From assembly GCA_014905635.1 (NCBI GenBank), contig JABVCE010000004.1, positions 930,001-994,000 of the forward strand: 64,000 bases of DNA. The letters are read 5' to 3'. How positions within the stretch are numbered: the first letter of the stretch is position 1; each line of letters opens with the position of its first letter. Source of the DNA: Scenedesmus sp. PABB004. Taxonomy: Eukaryota. A model generated the notes under the pieces. It did not search any database. It was not told where the DNA came from and was given only the letters and a program-made list of their open reading frames with translations. Made by a program: the position numbers and the translations under genes. This document shows, piece after piece, positions 58,798 to 64,000 of the stretch.

Positions 58798-60501
58798 CGC
58801 TAGGGGCAGCAGAGGGGGCAGGGGGGCGTGCGGCAGCCGCGCACAGCTCAGCCTCGCCACCGCCGCCGCCGCCTGGCAGGCTCGCACAGGCGGGTGCGTC
58901 CAGCACCCTCGACAGCTGCATTGAGACCCTGCTGTCGCCGCGCCTGGACCTGGCGGCGCTGCCAGCGGGCGCGCTGCGCGGCAAGCGCGTGCTGCTGCGC
59001 GCCGACCTCAACCTGCCGCTCGGGCCGGGCGGCGGCGTGACCGACGCCACGCGGCTCGAGTCGCTGCTGCCGACGCTGCGGCTGCTGCTGGCGGGCGGCG
59101 CGCGCGTCGCGATCGCGTCGCACTTAGGCCGGCCTGAGCCGGCGCGCCAGAGCGAGGAGGAGATGCGTCGGCGCTTCAGCCTCGCGCCCGTCGCCGCGCT
59201 GCTGGAGCGGCTGCTGCCGGCCGGCGCGTTCGCGGGCCTGGCGCCCGACTGCGTCGGCCCCCAGGCCGCCGCGGCCGTCGACGCGCTGCAGCCCGGGCAG
59301 GTGCGGGTGGGCAGCGGCAGCGGCGGCCCGCGCCGCCGACGCCGTTGCCGACGCGCTGCCGCCGCTGCCGACACGCCGCCGCCGCCGCTGCGTCGCGGCA
59401 GGCGTGCCTGCTCGAGAACCTGCGCTTCCACGCGGGCGAGGCGAGCAACGACCCTGCCTTTGCGGCGTCGCTCGCAGCGCTGGGTGACGTGTGCGTGAAC
59501 GACGCGTTCGGCGTCGTCCACCGCGACCAGGCCAGCGTCACGGTGCGCGGCGCGGCCGCCGCCGCGCCGCTGCCGCACGGCCGCCGCTGCGCGACTGCAG
59601 GCGCGGCCGCCGACGCGGCCGCCGCCCGCTTGCCCGCGCGCGCAGGGCGTGCTCTGCCACCTGCGCGGGTACCCAGGGATGCTGCTGCGCGCGGAGCTGC
59701 GCCACCTGCACGGCGTGCGCGCCGCGCCGGCGCGCCCGTTTGCTGTCGTGCTGGGCGGCGCCAAGGTGAAGGACAAGCTCCCCGTGCTGGCCGCCCTGAT
59801 CGCGCAGCAGCACGCGCCCGACCTGCTGCTCGTCGGCGGCCGCATGGCGTTCACCTTCCTCGCCGCCGAGGGCGTCGCCGTGGGCGCGACCCAGGTCGAG
59901 GGCGAGTGGTTGCAGGCCTGCCGCGACATGCGCGGCGCGGCGGCGGCGCGCGGCGTGCGCCTGCTGCTGCCGCGCGACGCGGTCGTCGCGCGGTCGCTGG
60001 ACGACGACCGCGGCTGCTGCACCGTGCCGCTCACGCGCGGCTGCTGCAGCGCCGACGCGCCGTGCGTGCCCGCGGGTGAGCGGCCAGTCACGCGCGCGCG
60101 CTCGCCGGCCGCGCGCGCACGTCGCTCAGCGCGCCCCGCCCCGCCGCGCGCCGCGCCGCGCAGGCTGCCACGGGCTGGACATTGGCCCGGCGAGCGCCGC
60201 CGCGTTTGCCGAGGCGCTGGTGGGCTGCCGCACCGTCTTTTGGAACGGCCCGATGGGCCGCTTCGAGGTGCCCGGCTTTGCCGCGGGCACCGCCGCGCTC
60301 GCGCGCGCCGTGGGCGCCGCGACCGAGGCCGGCGCGACGACCGTGATCGGCGGCGGCGACTCGGTCGCCGCGCTCAACCAGCTGCGCCCGCGGCCGGCGG
60401 TCAGCTTTGTGAGCACCGGCGGCGGCGCCAGCCTGGAGCTCATCCAGGGCCGCCTGCTGCCGGGCCTGCGCGCGCTCGCCGACGACGGCCGCGCAGCGTG
60501 A
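58388..60501 (+). CDS. Atypical phosphoglycerate kinase with Cys-rich N-terminal module and internal CC pairs
   Basis: Exons 58388-58555, 58702-58787 and 58880- splice in frame. [81 protein letters not shown] at 60513. Confidence 0.92.
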
Positions 60502-60586
60502 GCTGCAACGCCTGTAACCCGCTGCGTGCCCACCACCCCGATCTCCCGAGCGCACGCGGCCCAGTCGGCCGTCCCCTCGCTCAAGC

Positions 60587-60931
60587 ATGGCGCTCACCAT
60601 CAGCACCGCCGCGCCGCGCCGGGCCGCCGTCGCCGCGCGGCGCGTGCCGGCGGCGCCGCCGCGCCGCACCGCGGTCGCTGTGCGCGCCTCCGCCTTCCAG
60701 GCGCCCTCCCACGGGGCCGCCCGCGCTATGGCAGGGGCGGCGGCGGTGGCCGCGGCGGCGGCGCTGCTGCTGTCCAGCCCGCCCGCGCTCGCAGCGGTGC
60801 CGTCCCCGGCCGAGGGCGCCACGCGCGAGGCCATCCGCGGCCTCGCGCCCCGCCGCGGCGCCCTGGCACCCGACGTGGCCGGCCAGGAGCGTGAGTGGCG
60901 CACGCTGGCGGCGGGCGCGCGCGCGCTGCAG
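60587..60931 (+). CDS. 5' exon encoding a bipartite chloroplast transit + thylakoid-lumen signal, joined to the duplicated ATX fragment
   Basis: [19 protein letters not shown]...VAVRA, then [20 protein letters not shown] (AxA cleavage motif). Donor is GT at 60891 or GC at 60932. Confidence 0.6.
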
Positions 60932-60950
60932 GCGCGACCCGCGGTGCGCG

Positions 60951-63113
60951 CGCCGCCTCGGTCCCGGACGCCGGCTGACACCGCCGCGCCGCGCGCCAGG
61001 TGCGGTGGGCGGGCGACCGCTGCTGCGTGTGCGACAGCGACGTGGACTACGACTGCGACCGCCTGGTCAGCTGCGACGGCTGCGGGCTGACCATGCACCA
61101 GAGCTGCTACGGCATCCCGGAGCTGCCGGACGAGGACGACATGTGGCTCTGCAGGCGCGGCTCGGCGCGAGGCGGGGCTGCCCAACCGCGCGGGCCGAGG
61201 CCCGTGGGGCCCCTGGCGGCGGCGCCGCCCACCGCTGGCTGGCGCGCCCGGGCGGGGCGCGGCCGACGACGGCGCCGGCGCGTGCCGCGTGCGTGCCCTG
61301 CAGGGCGTGCGAGCTCAAGGAGCCGGGCGCGCCGGAGCCGCAGTGCTGCCTCTGCCCGCTCGCGGGCGGCGGGCTGAAGCCGACCACGCTGCCGGGGCTG
61401 TGGGCGCACGCGGCCTGCATGCACTGGATTCCAGAGGTCACCTGCCTGCAGCCGTCGCGGTGCGCGACGCGGCCGCCCGGCGCCGCCGCCGCCGCCGCCG
61501 CCGCCGTCGCTGCTTCCACCGCCTCTCTCGCGCGCCGCGCGCGCTGGCGGCCGGGGCCGGCCGCCGCGGTCGCCGCCGCCGATGCCCGCGCCGCCGCATG
61601 GCCGCTGCTGCTGCCCCGCAGCATGGAGCCGATCGATCGCATCCAGCAGATCCAGAAGGAGCGGTGGGAGCTGCTGTGCTGCATCTGCCGGCAGCGCATG
61701 GGCGCCAAGATCCAGTGCAGCGACTGCTACAACGTGCGCCGCGCGCGTGGCGGCTGCGGCCCAGCGTAGTCGCCCGGCGGCCAGCGCGGCGCGCAGCGGC
61801 GCGCAGCGGCGCGCAGCTGCCCAGGAGCGCGCGGCGGCGGCGGCGACCCGCGCGCGCGCGCCCGCCCCGCAGGCGTACCACCCGCTGTGCGCGCGCCGGC
61901 TGGGGCTGCACATGGAGATGGCTGACCCCGCGGTGCCGGACGGCCCGCTGCAGCTCGTCACGCGCTGCCCCAAGCACTGCACCGTGCAGCCGGACAAGTC
62001 GGGTGCGCGGCGTGGACGGCGCGCGGCGGCGCCGGCGCGCCGCCTCGCGGCGGCTTGCGCGGGGTGTGTCGTCCGCGCGCCGTGCCGCGCGCCCACAGCG
62101 GGTCCACCGCCCCGCCCGCACCGCCGCCAGGCATCACGCTCGTGGGCAGCGGCGAGGCGCTGCGCAGCGGCCGGCCGCGCAAGCGCCCCGCCGACGGCGA
62201 CGGCGACAACGACGGCAGCGGGCTCTGGAACGCCCAGCCCTTCCGCGCCGCCCGGCCGCCCGCGCCCATCCCGGCGCCGCCGGGCGGCTGCGCGCGCGCG
62301 ACGCCGTTTGCGGGCGAGCGCGTGAGCCACGGCACGGGCACCGGCTGCACCACCACGGCGGGCTTCTGGATTCTGACGCAGGCCACCGCCGACGCGGTGG
62401 CAGCGGGCGAGCTGGCGTGCGTGGGCGCGTCGTCGGACTGGCAGGGCCAGACCGGCGCCGGTGCAGGCGGCGGCGACGGCGGCGGCGGTGGCGGCGGCGG
62501 CGGCGGCGGCAGCAACGCCAGCCGCAAGCGCCGGCTCGCCAACAGCACCGCCGCCGCGGCGGCCACCTCGGGCAGGCCGCCCAAGCGGGCGCCGGGCGAG
62601 GCGCCGCCGCGCGTGGCGCTGGCGCCGCTGCCGGAGGGCGTCGACGGCGAGGGCCGGCTGGCCATCGTGTGCAACGGCAAGCCGGCCGTCTTCCTGCTGC
62701 GCCCGCAGCGCGTGCTGCTGGCGGGCGCGGAGCTGCCGCCCTCGCGGTTTGAGGCGCTGTGCGGCAAGGGTGACGCCAAGAAGTGGAAGGCCAGCCTCTG
62801 GACGGCGGACGCCGACGGCGAGCCCGACGTGTGCATGGCCGACTGGCTCGCGGCGCGCGGGCTCGACCAGGCGGCGCTCAACGCGCTGTCGGCCAACTGG
62901 GCGGCGCACCGCGCGCGCGCCGCGTGGGAGGCGGAGCACGGCGGCGGCGAGCCCGACGCGGCGGGCGCGGCGGACGGCGCCGGCGGCGCCGTCGCGGCGG
63001 ACCGCAGCGCGGTCGCCGGCGCGGCCGCCGCGGACGACGGCGCGGAGGTCGCCTCGCCGCCCGCGCGCGGCGGCGCCGGCGGCAGCGCGCGGAGGGAGGG
63101 GGACGAGCAGGTG
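60951..63113 (+). pseudogene. Partial duplicate of the ATX-like gene (PHD-ePHD-SAND exons with introns)
   Basis: Near-identical to 46497-48658; lacks PWWP and SET. Confidence 0.85.
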
Positions 63114-64000
63114 CCAACGCCGAGATCATGGCGGCGGACGCGCTGTCGCAGCCGGCCTACCGCGTGCTGCGGCGGCGCGAGCTTACGCAGGAGCTCGCCG
63201 CGCGCGAGCGCGAGCGCTGGGCGCGGCGGCGCGACGAGCGCGGCGTCTGGCGCGCCGTGCTGCACCAGGCGCTGGCGCGCAGGCTCGCCGCGGCGGGCGG
63301 CGGCTCGGCCGAGCGCGACGCCGCGACGCAGGCCGCGGCCGCCGTGGCCGCCGCGGACGTGATGGCCGCGCTGCTGGCCGGGGACGGCGTCGACGACGGC
63401 GGCTACTACCCCTCGGAGGGCGGCGACAAGGCGGCCGCGGCGGCGGCGGCGGCGGCGGCGGCCGGCCTGCTGTGTGGATACGGCGGCGCGGGCGACGCCG
63501 GCGGCGGCGCCGGCGCGGGGGCCGCCGCCGGCGCCGCCGGAGGCGCCGCGGGGGCCTACGGCGCGGCGGCGGCGGCGGCGGGCTTTGACCAGCAGGCGGC
63601 CTATTACGACGCCTACGCTGCGGACGCGGCGGCGGCGGCGGCGATGCAGCAGCAGGGCGGCGGCATGGCGGCGCCCGACGCGGTCACACTGGCCGCGATG
63701 GCGGCGGCGGCGGCGATGCAGCAGGGCGGCCTCGCGCCCGTCTGGGACCCCGCCGCGGCCGCGAGCGCGGGCTGGGACGCGGCGGCGGCCGCCAGCGCGG
63801 GCTGGGACGTCTCGGCCTTCGCCGCCGAGCCCGAGCCCGCCGACGAGCCCGCGGCGGCCAGCGGCGGCAAGCGCGCGCGCGGCGGCAAGCGCGGCGGCGG
63901 CGGCGGCGGCGGCGGCAGGCGCGGCGGCCGCGGCGGCGGCCGCGGGCGCGGGCGCGGGCGCCGCGGCCGCGGGAGCTGGAGCAGCGACGACGACGAGAGC
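63113..64000 (+). CDS. Unrelated coding exon (Ala/Gly-rich with RGG tail), open to the window end
   Basis: Stop-free frame with gene-like codon usage: ANAEIMAADALSQPAYRVLRRRELTQELAARERERW...GGKRARGGKRGG..RGRGRGRRGRGSWSSDDDES. Confidence 0.55.

Noticed and set aside
56169..60501. GAPDH and PGK as ordinary glycolytic or Calvin-cycle genes
   Set aside because: The GAPDH motifs are of the ArsJ-linked type, neither has a transit peptide, the PGK is atypical, and arsJ is adjacent.
52642..60501. Bacterial contamination as the source of the ars cluster
   Set aside because: All three genes have many spliceosomal introns, host-like codon usage and TGTAA signals.
1..64000. Hundreds of long Arg/Ala/Pro/Gly-rich ORFs in the six-frame track
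   Set aside because: Extreme GC content makes stop codons rare. These are shadow or intron-read-through frames, and only embedded exon segments are real.

Overview
Very GC-rich, intron-dense eukaryotic nuclear DNA that reads like a chlorophyte green alga (short introns, TGTAA poly(A) signals, nuclear plastid-type accA). The lineage is my inference. Almost all long ORFs in the supplied track are GC shadow frames, so the genes below were rebuilt exon by exon. Order: SAS-6 (5'-partial), RPS11, accA, SF3B2, F-box/RCC1 protein, RgpF-like putative glycosyltransferase, CUL4, PET100-like, sterol C4-decarboxylase (NSDHL/ERG26), mitochondrial citrate synthase, PAP/fibrillin, two tandem CAP(PR-1)/Pro-rich/B-lectin genes, chlorophyllase-like hydrolase, BLISTER-like, ATX/trithorax-like SET gene, an arsJ + ArsJ-type GAPDH + atypical PGK cluster, and a chimeric partial ATX duplicate. 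The standout is the arsenate-detoxification-type cluster at 52.2-60.5 kb. A ~710-bp inverted duplication flanking GAPDH gives ArsJ and PGK the same bidirectional promoter region and the same two N-terminal exons, which encode an 85-aa Cys-rich module with vicinal CC pairs. A third orphan copy of that exon lies past arsJ, and the PGK carries extra internal CC pairs. Other oddities are frequent GC-AG introns, recurrent inverted 5'-gene stubs and a candidate bicistronic locus. All product calls come from recognising motifs by eye; no searches were run.
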